Of a stretch of 64,000 bases of DNA, positions 52,453 through 64,000 are shown piece by piece. Position 1 is the stretch's first letter. Every line of letters starts with the position of its first letter. Origin of the DNA: Tubulanus polymorphus (Eukaryota > Animalia > Nemertea); the NCBI RefSeq assembly GCF_964204645.1, contig NC_134025.1, positions 22,300,299-22,364,298 of the forward strand. The letters run 5' to 3'. The translations under genes were made by a program, and so were the position numbers. The notes below the pieces were generated by a model. It was not told the DNA's origin. It searched no databases and was given only the letters and a program-made list of their open reading frames with translations.

Positions 52453-55400
52453 TGGCCATAAGGTAATGTTTTTATACCATCATCTAAAATATGCCTTTTA
52501 TCATCAAATGGATTCAAACTAGTTTTTTCAACTTCATTAATGTACATCTCGTGATCTTCTGATCTTAAACAATTCATTTTATGTTTCATTACAATTGATT
52601 TATATAAACACTTTATATATAATCTTGAAATTCTATATGTTTATCGACCACATGTTTTGTTATTCCTTTTAACTTTTTAGCTTCATGATCTTTTGTTCTA
52701 TAACTATACATTTATTTCTTATCCCAACAAATTCAATCATTTCATCACCCCCTAATTCATCTTTAAATTTACCAGGAATCTTTTTATTATCATTGCTAAA
52801 TAGTTCATGATCTTTGGGATAATTGCTAAAATCAAAATGATGTTTTAATGTTTTTAAGTCTTTTGTTACATCATTTGTCTTGATTTTTAGTATGTACGCG
52901 TCAGTATTGAAGCAAATTAATGGAAATCCACAGTTAAATGTACCATCTTCAGTTGATAAATCATAAACATAATCTGATGGGTTATATATTTCAAATAAAT
53001 CTTTAACTTCTTCAGTTAAATCTTTTTCTGTGTGGCTTAGATTAAAGCAATTTGGTTTAGATTTAATCAATCCAATATTCATATTGAAGCCTAATGAATT
53101 ACATAATATATTTAACCCTGATATAGCATCTTTTCCTTTCTGTGCAAAGGTTATCTTTTTATCCTTTGTAAATTTTTTAGCACCATCTGCTGCATAGAAT
53201 CCAATGAAGAACCATTTTCTTAAATTATTTTTTGCATTCAATACATAATCTGGAACTATCTTTTCTTTTGTCGAAGTATTACTTTTCACTATTGCATGAA
53301 TATAGAATTCATCATTATATTTTATAGCAAAATCTTTAGGATTATTTACAAGTATTCTATAAACTGCTGATGATTTCATAACACCCATGATTCTAAATGT
53401 TTTATGTGAATAAACTTCTTCACAGAATTTCTTAATTCTTTCTAATAATTTTAAGTCTTGATTGCATAAATACCAACAATATTTATTACCCCAAACATAT
53501 TTATACACACCTGCTGAACCATCACCCATGAAAAATCCTTTGATAAAATATTCTTTTTCTTCTAATGTTTCGGGTTCTATATTATAAATATTATCAATAA
53601 TTTCATCAAATGACTTATGATTCATTCTTTGGAAAAATCTTTTATGTAATAATTCATCTCCAATTTTTATATCAGTTGGTTTTATTTCATCACCATTTCG
53701 TTTAATTAAACTATGATCTTCTGTAACATCTACAAACCCTAATTTAGTTCTAACTCTATAGATTTTCTTATTTGTTTTATGCCTAATAATATTCTTTAAT
53801 TTTTTCCATCCATTTCTTGTCCAAACATCCATTAAACCATTTATTTGTATTAATTCTTTTTCACCATATGAAATATAACATTCATTTTGTTTTGGAATTA
53901 TTTCTGAAATTCTTCTTATCAATATTTTATCATTACATTTTAATAATATTGGGGTGTCAGCTGTTACAGAATCAAAATATAATATTTCAATATGCTTTTC
54001 CCCAAAAAGTGGTTGTAAAACATTATAATAAAAATCATACATTAATAATTTTGATACTTCTAAAACAGTTGAACCAATGAATATAGGTTTATTAAATTTC
54101 ATTGACGTTCTTTTTAATTTAACTGCTGTTAAATAATCTTCAAATCTTTTATTTCCTAAATGTCTAGGACTTGATTGTAAATGTCTTAATCTTTCAGAAT
54201 TATTTACTAATTCAATATCATTTCTATTTCTAATATTTTCACATGTTTTACCATAAAAACTATTATTAATTTGAAGAAATCTTTTTCAAAATCTGTTTTT
54301 GATATGGTTCTCTGTTGAGTATTAAAATCTATATATTTTTCTAACCACTTCGATTGATTAAATTCAATATATCTATGTACTTTCTTTAATTTCATTCCTT
54401 GTTTTAGATAAAATTTTAACATTCTATAATGAACAATATAATTGTATTTATTATTTTGAGTAAGTATTAATTTTTCTGTAAAAACATGATCTTTCGGTTT
54501 TATTTTCTTCTGGTATTCACTTAAATAACTATCATCTACAGTTAAATGTTCTGGGCAATAAGGTAAGTTTCTTGTTTTAAACTTTATATTTTCAGGATAT
54601 TCTAAATCAACTACAAAGAAATAACCAATTGGTGCTTCATCTTCTAAACTCATAATTGCGCTTTCCCAATTAGTTTTATCATCATTTTCAACTTCTGTTA
54701 ATATAAAATTTTTATATGGTTGAGGTTGCATCATTGCCCAACTATATAAATTATTGGCGTCAATATATAATTATTTATATTCATCATTTGCTTTAAAATA
54801 CCTATCTCCCATAACACCACTAATTCCACCTCTAATTGATTTTTCAAATAATAAAACCATGTCTGGTTCTTTTAATAAATCTAATTCTACATTTGTATAT
54901 TTCAAATCACATTGCCAGGTTAAACCAGGACTTGAATAACAATAACAAGGATCAACATTAAAATGATTTGAATTAACTTCTCTAAATTTTTCAAATATGT
55001 CAGCCAATATCATAACATCTGATTTTAAATATAAATCAACTAATTCACCATGATTTTTCATCTTAAAATGGTTCCAAATATTTAATGTTCTATTAAACAC
55101 TTCATCTTTCACATACTCCTCTTTTAATTGATCATAAAATTGATCTTTTAATAATTCTGTTACATTAAAATCATTGTGTGTTTTATAAAATGAATAAGGA
55201 ATTGCACCTTTATATCTCAATAATTTAAAATCTTGGTCATTTGGATAATAATATCGAGTTATAACAAAATCATTATCAACTAAACTTTTTGATAAATTAT
55301 CTAATGAACTTGCTAGAAATCTATAAGAATCTAAAAATCTAATGCAACCAAATTGAAATGAAATATAATTTTCAGATGTTTTAGCTAATAGTTTAAAATC

Positions 55401-57275
55401 ATATTTCCTTACATTTACACCATTCATAGCATTATGTTCTTCTATTTCTTGATTAATTGTGCCCAATTTCCTTGATAATTGTTTTATAAATGGATGGGTA
55501 TCATAGCCTGATAAATTATGAAATAATATTGGAACGAAATTTACTTTTTTAGCTTGTAAATTACAATCTTCATGAGCAGCTCCACGATATTTTGAATTTA
55601 AATGATCATGATCTCTAACTTTTTTATCAAATGAATAAAAACGTTTTTCACAATAACAACAATGAGTTGCATAATTAAAATCAATTTCATCTTCTTTTGT
55701 CATAACTATTCTTTTATTTTCGTTTAATAATTTTGCAAAATCACTTTCTAATTCAATCATTTTGTTACAAAAATCATTAACTACATCTTCACCTCTAAAA
55801 GAAATATATTGACTTTCATATAATTCAGGATAATTTGATGTTATATAAATTCCATAAGCAGCAGCTCTTTGATGAACTTTTTTAATTGTATTTATAATTG
55901 GTGGGTCTTGTATTGTGTCTTCATTTAATTCATTTCCTTTATCCATTGATTTTAATAATTGCTTTTTGTTATATATTTCTTTTCTATCTTGATCAGTTAA
56001 TTCTTTATTCAACGATTCAAAATCCCCATAAATTACAAATGGAACAATATTCTTAAATTTATGATTAGTAAATTTCAATTTATAATCTTTTTCTGTTGGC
56101 ATTATTAATTTACAAAAATCTTTATTATCACATAATTCTTTATGTTTTAATAATGTATTCTCAGTCATAAATTTAGATAAACATTTTCTACATAGATAAA
56201 TTTTATGATGATGATCACTTTCTGTTCTAAAGAATAAATCAATTTGTTTTAACCACATATAATGTTCATTTTCATCTTTTTTGTAATATAACAAATCTAT
56301 AGCATTTTCATCATCATAATATTCTGTTAAATATAAAGCTTCCAATGTATAATCTTTAATATTTTCACCTTTTGTCTTTGGTAATTGCATTAATTCGAAT
56401 ACATTTATTTTTAAATTATTAACTTTTTCTATTTTAGAAATCATTTTTATAGTTACTGGATATTGATCAATTTTATATAATGTTTCATATTTCCGATAAT
56501 CTGTTATTCTACAAACATTTCCTGTGTTGGATGTAAGTAACTAATAATTGACCATAGAAAACATTTATTATCTTAATTTTGATTATTTATTACTGCTTTT
56601 GTTGTAAATGGTAATTTAATATAAGATGATGCTTTAATATCCTTTTCTGTTATAAAGTTTGAATCATTTTTAAACATTTTATTACTTTTTGATGTTTTAT
56701 TTCTTTTTGTATTATAAACATTTAAATCTAAATATATAATTTCATTCAATGTTAAGCCAGAACCCTCAAAATATCTTTCTTCAATATGACGTTTAAATTC
56801 ATTAAATATTTTTTCTAACTTCTCTTTTATTTGTGTTTTTGAAATTATTTCTTCAGAGAGTGTTTGAATATTATAATTCATTTTTTCTTCTGACTTTATA
56901 AAACTTACTTTCCCAGAGATACTAATTTTTGGATATTCAACATCTATTATCAAATCTAGTATTTTTTCTATTATTTCATTAAATGTACTATAATCTTCTA
57001 TTGTTGTACCTTTAAAAAATCTAAATATAATAGCTGCAGGACCAATTTTACTATGTAATGTTTCTAAAATTTCAATTGTATCTTTTATTTCTAGTGAATC
57101 AATATAATTTCTAACATTTTCCATGTAAGGTTTATTTGAAATGGATTTAGTTTTTGAAGTTGGTTTTTTTACTTTTTGAGGTTTATCGTCAAAATAATCT
57201 TTTCCTAAAACATTATTACTCAAATTTTGGTGGTGTTTTTGTGATTCGAGATGTCTATTATAATTCCTTTTTACT
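52449..57275 (-). pseudogene. Protein-primed family B DNA polymerase (pPolB) with an intein; multiple frameshifts, 5'-truncated
   Basis: Fragments in order: EGSG, DNKCFLWS...HYMWLK, Endo VII-like CCYC...RDHDH...AHEDCN, Exo FHNLSGYD / FLDSY / YLKSDV, IRGG, motif A YIDANNLY, motif B K..NNSFYGKT, motif C YFD|intein|TD, and the terminus FDDKR...TLPYGH*. Confidence 0.93.
52906..53970 (-). mobile_element. Intein (355 aa) with LAGLIDADG homing endonuclease in pPolB motif C
   Basis: Block A SVTADTPILL; block B VDVTEDHSL; LAGLIDADG-like FIKGFFMGDG and FFIGFYAADG; block F YVYDLSTEDGTF; terminal FN followed by +1 Thr. Removing it restores LYFDTDAY. Confidence 0.93.
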
Positions 57276-58641
57276 ATCGCGAGAAATACTGTAGGAATTT
57301 GTATGTGTGTGAACTAAACGCCACGGGAGAGCGCTTCTTAGCCGGAATGCGTGAGTTTCTAACTTTTCATATATACCGGTACTTTGCATTGATTATAAAT
57401 CATTAATTTCTAAATCCAGCGTGGGACGTTTTAGGTTCGAACCCTACGCCGTTGTTCGCACAGTCGGGTATCTGGTGCTGTAAGGTTCGAATCTCTGGAA
57501 AGATGTGATATGAGATTTTCAGAAAGAGCACTTTCTCGTTCGAACGGACTCGAAGCCCTGACTACGGAAGGAAACGTAGATCACTGACTGATAATCTTCT
57601 CGAACTGATCATAATCACTGTTTCTATCGCAGATTATGACGGGATTGACGCTGAAACAATACAGAGAATTTCCGTTGAAGATCTTGAGTGTTTGAGGTTT
57701 GATAGAATGCAAAGAGGTTACGCTGTTGATTACAAATGTCGTGAATGTACGAGAAATACAACTGATGACACGTACACCTGCCCGAGTTAATTAGGTCTAG
57801 TGTCTATCGTGATTACCGTGAAACAATTGATTCATTCATATTAATCAATGTTGTAATAATCATTGATAATAAAGAGTCATTCTCTGCAAGATTCGAGTCA
57901 GAAAGTGCTAGTTTTTGGCGGGACCGAATTGGTTTTAGGCGAGTCAGGAGGCTTCGGTTATTCAGGAATCATCAGTTTTAGGCCGGAGAAGCGCAGGATG
58001 AATTTTACGTACGAACTCGTTTCAGTTAGAATGGGAATGCAGTCTGATCAAACTACGGCCGTGCATGATAAAAGGGGCGCGAAATCGAGCCGATTCGACT
58101 GTGACACACTGTTTCACTGGGACCACTGGTGGTTTCTTAAGCCTTGTTGCACACGGCACCGAAACATTTTTTCCCCGAGAAATACATTTTCGTTTTGGTC
58201 ACGCCGTCGTGTGTCAGTGAAGTTTTTGTTTTGGTCAAACATCTACGGGTGTGCGGCGGCGGCTTAAAAAGGGAAAAAGAGTGAGAATCCGCAGATTTTT
58301 GACCCCGACTATACTTCCTGCGATGAAACCGAAGGAATTCTATGCACTGTGAAATGAAATCGGCCAGCAGGATAAAATGCCAGAACCTCAGTCCGACAAA
58401 TAACGACTGACATCCTAATTTTAGTGTAGCTGCCGCCTGAGTCCGAGCCCATGCCCATATCTGTCAGACACGTTTTAGGGTGGCCGTAACCACACATCAA
58501 TTCAATCCATTCAATTTATTCAGCCACAAAACCGCTTAATTCGAATCGTTTTGGGCCAATGACACTGATTTCGTCTATGAGAATCCCACATTATACATTT
58601 CTCGGAAGCCGAATCATCTTGTATTCTGACCAGATCCGAAC

Positions 58642-61600
58642 ATGTCAGTTGTTGTTTTACAAGTTGGTCAGTGCGGCAACCAAATCGGCCAAAAGTTTTG
58701 GAACTTAAACCTGCAAAACTCGCAGTCGCTTGAAAAGTAATAATACTTCACCTGCTGGCAAAAATTATGACCAAAGTTATTGAGTGAATTCCTCAAAAAA
58801 AATTAGCAGCCAGTTGCTCACAAGTTGGCTAAAGATAACCAGTGGATAAATACCATATAGTCTATGAACTTCACTTTAAATGTCAACTTTCCACTGGTTA
58901 ACTCTAACCAACTTTTGATCAACTGGCCTCAGTATTTATGTTATGTTTTGTTTATGTTCGCTAGTTGTGTGTTTAATCATTTGGATGGGAAACTTCGTTC
59001 TGTAAATATCGATGCCGAATCGAAAGTAATTCGCCGACTGCAGAAGGATATCAAGAAGTCGTAAGTTTTTCGATTTGTTTCAAAACGAGAATAAAAGAAA
59101 GATCTTCTATGCAGGTTTTGATTGAACAAAATATTACGCATAAGGAAGAGCAATTTCGGATTATGAATTCTATCGGCCTACTATAAGTTCTATTGAGTTT
59201 ACAGTACAGGGTGTAGGTAGAGTGTATTCTTTTCAAAATGAAAATTAACGCGCCAGAAGAGAGTTTGGAATCAGTAGAGACCAATTGAAACCTGCCATTC
59301 AATCGTCCTAGAAATGTTACTGGTTATTGTGGTTTATTGATTGGTTGTATTTTACATTTTTTTCAGCAATTTGCGGGAAAATAATGTGGTTTTGGGGAAG
59401 AGAGGATGTGGTACTAATTGGGCTATCGGTAGGTACCTGATCATTCGAGCTTACTTTATCCACTCAAAACGCATCCTCGCCTGCCAGGGTTTGATTGCCT
59501 CCCACCAAAGTTCACGCCAACACTAACCCTGGCCGCAGACCCTTTATTGGTCTATTACACTGCCAAGTATTGCTCGGGTGGACAGGTAATCACTCAGCGG
59601 CCACCAGGCTATGTATTAGGCCAACCAGATGCATAACAGCAACCTGTCCGCCCAAAAAATCTTGGGCAATGTAATAGACCAATGAAGGGTATGTAGCCAG
59701 GGTTTGTATATGCCCCAGCATTGGCAGGAGGCAATCAAACCCATTGGCAAGCGGGGATTCTCTTGACAAGGTTCTCAAAATTAGTCCACTGTTACCAGAA
59801 GAGTTAGGCCTACCTTTGCCTGGCTAATCATTTAGTGTTTTGACATCATCTCATGCTTAGGTTATCACGGCTTAAAATCCAGTGGCGATCATTTACTAGA
59901 AGGATCTCTGGAGTCTATAAGAAAAGAAGTTGAAAGATGCGACCGATTCACTGGTTTTTTAATGATGCATAGTTTAAGTGGTGGAACAGGTTCAGGTTTG
60001 TTGATATAGCCAGTATTTATTTATCAATGGGCCAGTTACTCGAAGTTAGTTAAATGCGGTCTTAGTAGTAGCGGTCTTTTCACTGTTTGATATTTAGAAC
60101 TTTGCCATTAATGTAAATTTTGACGTTATATAACTAATTGTAAAATAAAGCATATAAACATGAAGTTAGCCGGTAAATGCTGTTTGATTGAATATCTTTA
60201 ATGGCAACGAAGGCCCCAGTCACCCGCTATCCCGATAAATGGCCTGCATAACAATTGGATATCTCACTCGCTGATCTAGACTTTTTGCCTCCCCACACAA
60301 AAAAATTAGGCAAATCATGTCTAGGTAAACTTAGATCTTTAGGGCTCTGATATAGCACAATTCTTATAATTCAAAGAATTTGAGACATTACAGAAAAGAT
60401 CTGGCATTGTAGACCAAATGGATATTGTTACTTACCGTTGGATCTTTGCTTGCTAGTGCATTCTGCTGGATTCCTCTTTGAAATCATATATTATCTTGTA
60501 AAAATACCTCCCCAGCAGATATTGCCTTGCTTGATATTTTTTTTCTAAGTTAAATTATTTATGTCTTTCCTTATTTTCTAGGTTTAGGCTCACACATACT
60601 GGAGTGTTTACGAGATTTGTACCCTCTCAGTTTTACTATTTCCAACGTTGTGGCTCCGCATTTATCTGGAGAAAGTCCGTTACAACATTATAATGCTCTC
60701 CTTACAATGGCTCATCTTCAAAGGTATTTGTTTTGAATGGATCCGAGTATTATTTTGTTATTGATTCATTTTCTTTACTTTAAAAAAGTCGGGGATTTTG
60801 TGAAAAAGCTAAAAGTCAGGGAAATTTGTTGAGATAGTTAGATCACGCGTAAAATTCAAACAGTTTCTGTGTTTTTCTTCGTATTTGACTGCGTTAATAG
60901 ATTGGATTTATAGCAGATCAAGTTCAGGAAAACAACGAGCATTTCTCGCAAAAAGCTAATCGAATAAAACTGATACAGGTACTTCTTAGTCACAGCGTCC
61001 AGGTTAATCGTTATTCTAGATATTCATTTTTATCAAGTTTTGCAGATGGAATTTTACTCATTCAAAACGATGAAGTTCTTCACCAACTGTCGAAAGCGAA
61101 GAAAGACTCTGGTATCTCATTCGCGCACATGAATGACTATATTGCGTCATGTATGGCCGGCCTCTATATGCCGACTGATACACTCGCCTCGAAAAAGTAA
61201 TTATCAGAATCATCTTCGTGAGAATATATCTAATATACTTGGTTAATTACATTATATCTTGTTTCTCATTTCTGCTGAGCTTAAAAGTTGACCCAGCCAG
61301 ATGCCTATCTACCCTGTGTGTTACTGATGTTAAGATCATGATCAAGCTATCTTTAACAGACCCGGCAGTAGAAATTAACTGATAACAAATTTCATTGCAG
61401 TTTACAAAATGACCCGGCCAAGAGAAACAAGATATCATGTTCGTTTAGCCTTACCTAAGATTTTAATCTGTAATTACCAGTGATATGAAATGAATTCCTA
61501 TTTCAGTGGATTTAAAATCGGCCTAGAACCTGTGGAATGTATACAAGCAGTTTGTCCGATGCCACCTGTGAAATTCTTCACCGTTAATCAGGTCTCAAAA

Positions 61601-62887
61601 AGGCAAGTTTCATAGGATCTGTCTTTTCATCTGTTTTGCGCAGGTATTAGTGATATTTTTCAAGTTTTTTTTTTTCAGGAAGGAAACTTGGGACTCGTTG
61701 AGCAAGTCATTGCTGCAAACAGTGAATAAATATGATTTGGATGGTATTCCTGTATCCTTTGAATTTTGTGTCCATAAAATAGAACGAAATGTTTTGTGCG
61801 TGAATCATTATGGCAGAATGTATTTTCCTTGATGGTTGTGAAGTATGCTTCATTGAGCAATTTAGTAGTTGCCCGCGGTGATAAGACGCACTCGTATCGG
61901 TATAGTCAAGAGAAGATCGTTGAAAAAATCAAAACCAGTTACAATTGTGTGAAATGGAATCCATTTCCGGTCGATACTTGGACAGGTATGTTGATATCCA
62001 GGAAACAGTTCTGAGTAAAAAAAATTGACAAGGGCCAATATTTTGGAAAAAAAAACTTATTTTAACCTTACGACGGTAACTCCGCCAGAACTGGGTCAGG
62101 GTTAGATTCACTCATCGTTTTCTCGTCTTGTTTAGCTCAAGATAATCATTCCGGGATGAAAGATTCGTCGTCATTAACAGTAGCCGCAAACTCCTCATCG
62201 GTGGTCACTTATTTAGAACATGTGTTTGATCGAGCCAAAACTAAATACGAAAACAACGCGTATCTGCATTGGTTCTGGAAACATGGTTGTTGCAAGGTAG
62301 GTTTGGATGTGACCACTATGTCGCTTGATATAGAGTAGACTCTGCCAATAGTACTACTGTACTTATATTCCTTCCATACTAAGCTTCTGTCTACTTAACT
62401 AATACCGGTATTCCTTCAACCAACTTGAGTGTTTTTCACACCTTAGAAAGAAAATCGCCAGTCGAAAAATTAGTTTATTAGTTTGTAAATATGTATGTGA
62501 GGTTGAGAGAAATGAAGATTTTGAAGGCTGTCTGCAAATTAGTCCACACGAATTCACTTGTAGAAGAGTCTAGAGTAAAATAGAAAAGCAAAGACCTGGT
62601 TCCACAGATGTGAGTTAGGGTTAACTCTGAGTTAAAATTCAGTTTGTTTTCAATGAGTTAAATCTTAACTCACACCGTGCAACTGGGTATAGGGAGATAA
62701 TGCTTTGATACTACGATTTTAGTCCACTTCAAGTTGGATGGAATTAAAAAACATACCAGTAACTACTGATTGTGCCTTTTTTGTCTCAGTATTGAATGAC
62801 TTCAAAATTCAATTTCAGACTGACTTTGAAAATGCATTCGATACAATCAACTCGGTGATTGATAGTTATAAATCAGCCACAAGTTGA
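58642..62887 (+). CDS. Zeta-tubulin-like (delta/zeta class) tubulin, multi-exon
   Basis: MSVVVLQVGQCGNQIG, IDAESKV, GKRGCGTNWAIGYHG, HSLSGGTGSGLG (tubulin signature), GESPLQHYN, NDE, AYLHWFWKHG...; TGA at 62885-62887. Confidence 0.85.
61752..61843 (+). other. U12-type (minor spliceosome) GT-AG intron
   Basis: 5' splice site GTATCCTTT (61752-61760); branch site TTCCTTGAT (61825-61833) just upstream of AG (61842-61843); no polypyrimidine tract. Splicing keeps the frame (DGIP|YASL). Confidence 0.85.
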
Positions 62888-64000
62888 AAGCTGATCGAAG
62901 ACACTGGACCTTAATGCTGGACATTAATGATGATTTATCATACTCAATGCTGGACATTAATGATGATTTATCATATTGCTGGCATCACTGGATTTTGCCA
63001 GTGGAATATTTTCTATTGTTCTGTTCTATTATATACACAGTTATATATATTTTCATACTTTTTTTGATATAATAAAGATAACTATAACTTTAATACAATC
63101 TATTTCTTCTATATGATGTGTTTCTAATTCTGTTAGTCACCTGATTAAGTGAGGTCCCAGTCTATTAGATCTATTTATAGCCACTATTAACATAAATTTA
63201 TGAGAAATGCGTTTAATCCTGATTTTTCATGAACTGAATTAAAGTTAATCCCACCTAACTGGGACATGGATAGCCAACATGGATTCTTGATTAACTCGGA
63301 TAGAAATGAACATATTTCCAGACTCCTTTACATTTTTCTGATCCTCAACTCGCACCAGTTTTCCCAGACCCAGTCTGGGCTATTGAAGCAATGTTTAGGG
63401 ATCATTCATTTATTACGTACGCATAAGATTTTTCAACTCCCCCTCCACCTCTGTACGCAGAATCGGCCATTTTATCATATGCATTACAGTATGCAATTGC
63501 ACTGACCCCTCCCCTAATGCGTACGTTTTAAATGAATGACCCCTTAAAGTATTTCAATTTCTCCCTGATAATGTGGGTTTTACTAGATAAAGAGGAAATG
63601 TCTGGGACTCAGTGTAGCTGATTTTCTATCCAAATTTTTCGTGGATCATCGATTGACACCTGATAATCGCAAATTCAAGAAGTTGAGTGTCTCTCAAGTT
63701 AGTTGGGAATAGCAAGGATGCCTGGCCACCGCTGTGGAATTGTATTACTGATGCCAGGTAGAGACCAATTAGCGTAACAAATGAAGCCATGCCGGTAGCC
63801 TATGTATGAACAAACAAACAAACGAATTCAAGTTATATATTATATTAAAGAACTATTTTATTTATATGCACCATTATACCTTCATCAACACTGCAAAATA
63901 CATAATGCAACTAGCAGGCAATCATTTTTCAAACTGACCACATCGTGAAAACTACATCTATAATGTATATCAAAAGTGGAAGATCTGTGAATTGAAATAC

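Larger units (their letters stand above)
41022..57275. mobile_element. Endogenous Polinton/Maverick (adintovirus-like dsDNA virus), decaying, right end truncated
   Basis: Abrupt switch to very AT-rich, intronless, tightly packed ORFs: pPolB, rve integrase + chromodomain, A32-like ATPase, capsid-like genes. The candidate left end begins AGTAAT at 41022; no matching TIR was found on the right. Confidence 0.92.

Noticed and set aside
57421-57500. Two GGTTCGAA B-box motifs suggesting tRNA genes
   Set aside because: No cloverleaf or correctly spaced A-box could be built; at most SINE remnants.
57863-58500. 134-aa and 63-aa ORFs upstream of the tubulin gene
   Set aside because: No recognisable motifs or splice structure; probably promoter-proximal non-coding DNA.
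62913-62975. 33-bp-period tandem duplication after the tubulin stop
   Set aside because: An ordinary 3' UTR slippage duplication; the overlapping 62-aa ORF is spurious.

Overview
Intron-rich animal (probably marine invertebrate/lophotrochozoan; inferred) genomic DNA. Host genes: LamG-type exons and an alpha-neurexin-like first exon (minus, 1-7640), three intronless class A GPCR loci (one a pseudogene), TFB2M-like (+), TTC12-like (-), a secreted 3xMAM protein (+) and a zeta/delta-class tubulin (+) with one GC-AG and one U12-type intron. About 24.5 kb (32.8-57.3 kb) is a nest of mobile DNA. A decayed BEL/Pao retrotransposon is split by a young non-coding LTR element, and it abuts a very AT-rich, ~16 kb endogenous Polinton/Maverick (adintovirus-like) virus with integrase, packaging ATPase, major and minor capsid proteins and a protein-primed PolB. 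Two headline observations concern this virus. (1) Its PolB carries an intact 355-aa intein with a LAGLIDADG homing endonuclease in catalytic motif C (YFD|S...FN|TD). (2) About 13 of its genes begin at TAAATG, many with an upstream T-run, which resembles a poxvirus late promoter and hints at dependence on, or exchange with, a large cytoplasmic DNA virus. Several MITEs with clear terminal inverted repeats (TIRs) lie in introns and intergenic DNA. All calls come from reading the sequence by eye; no searches were run.
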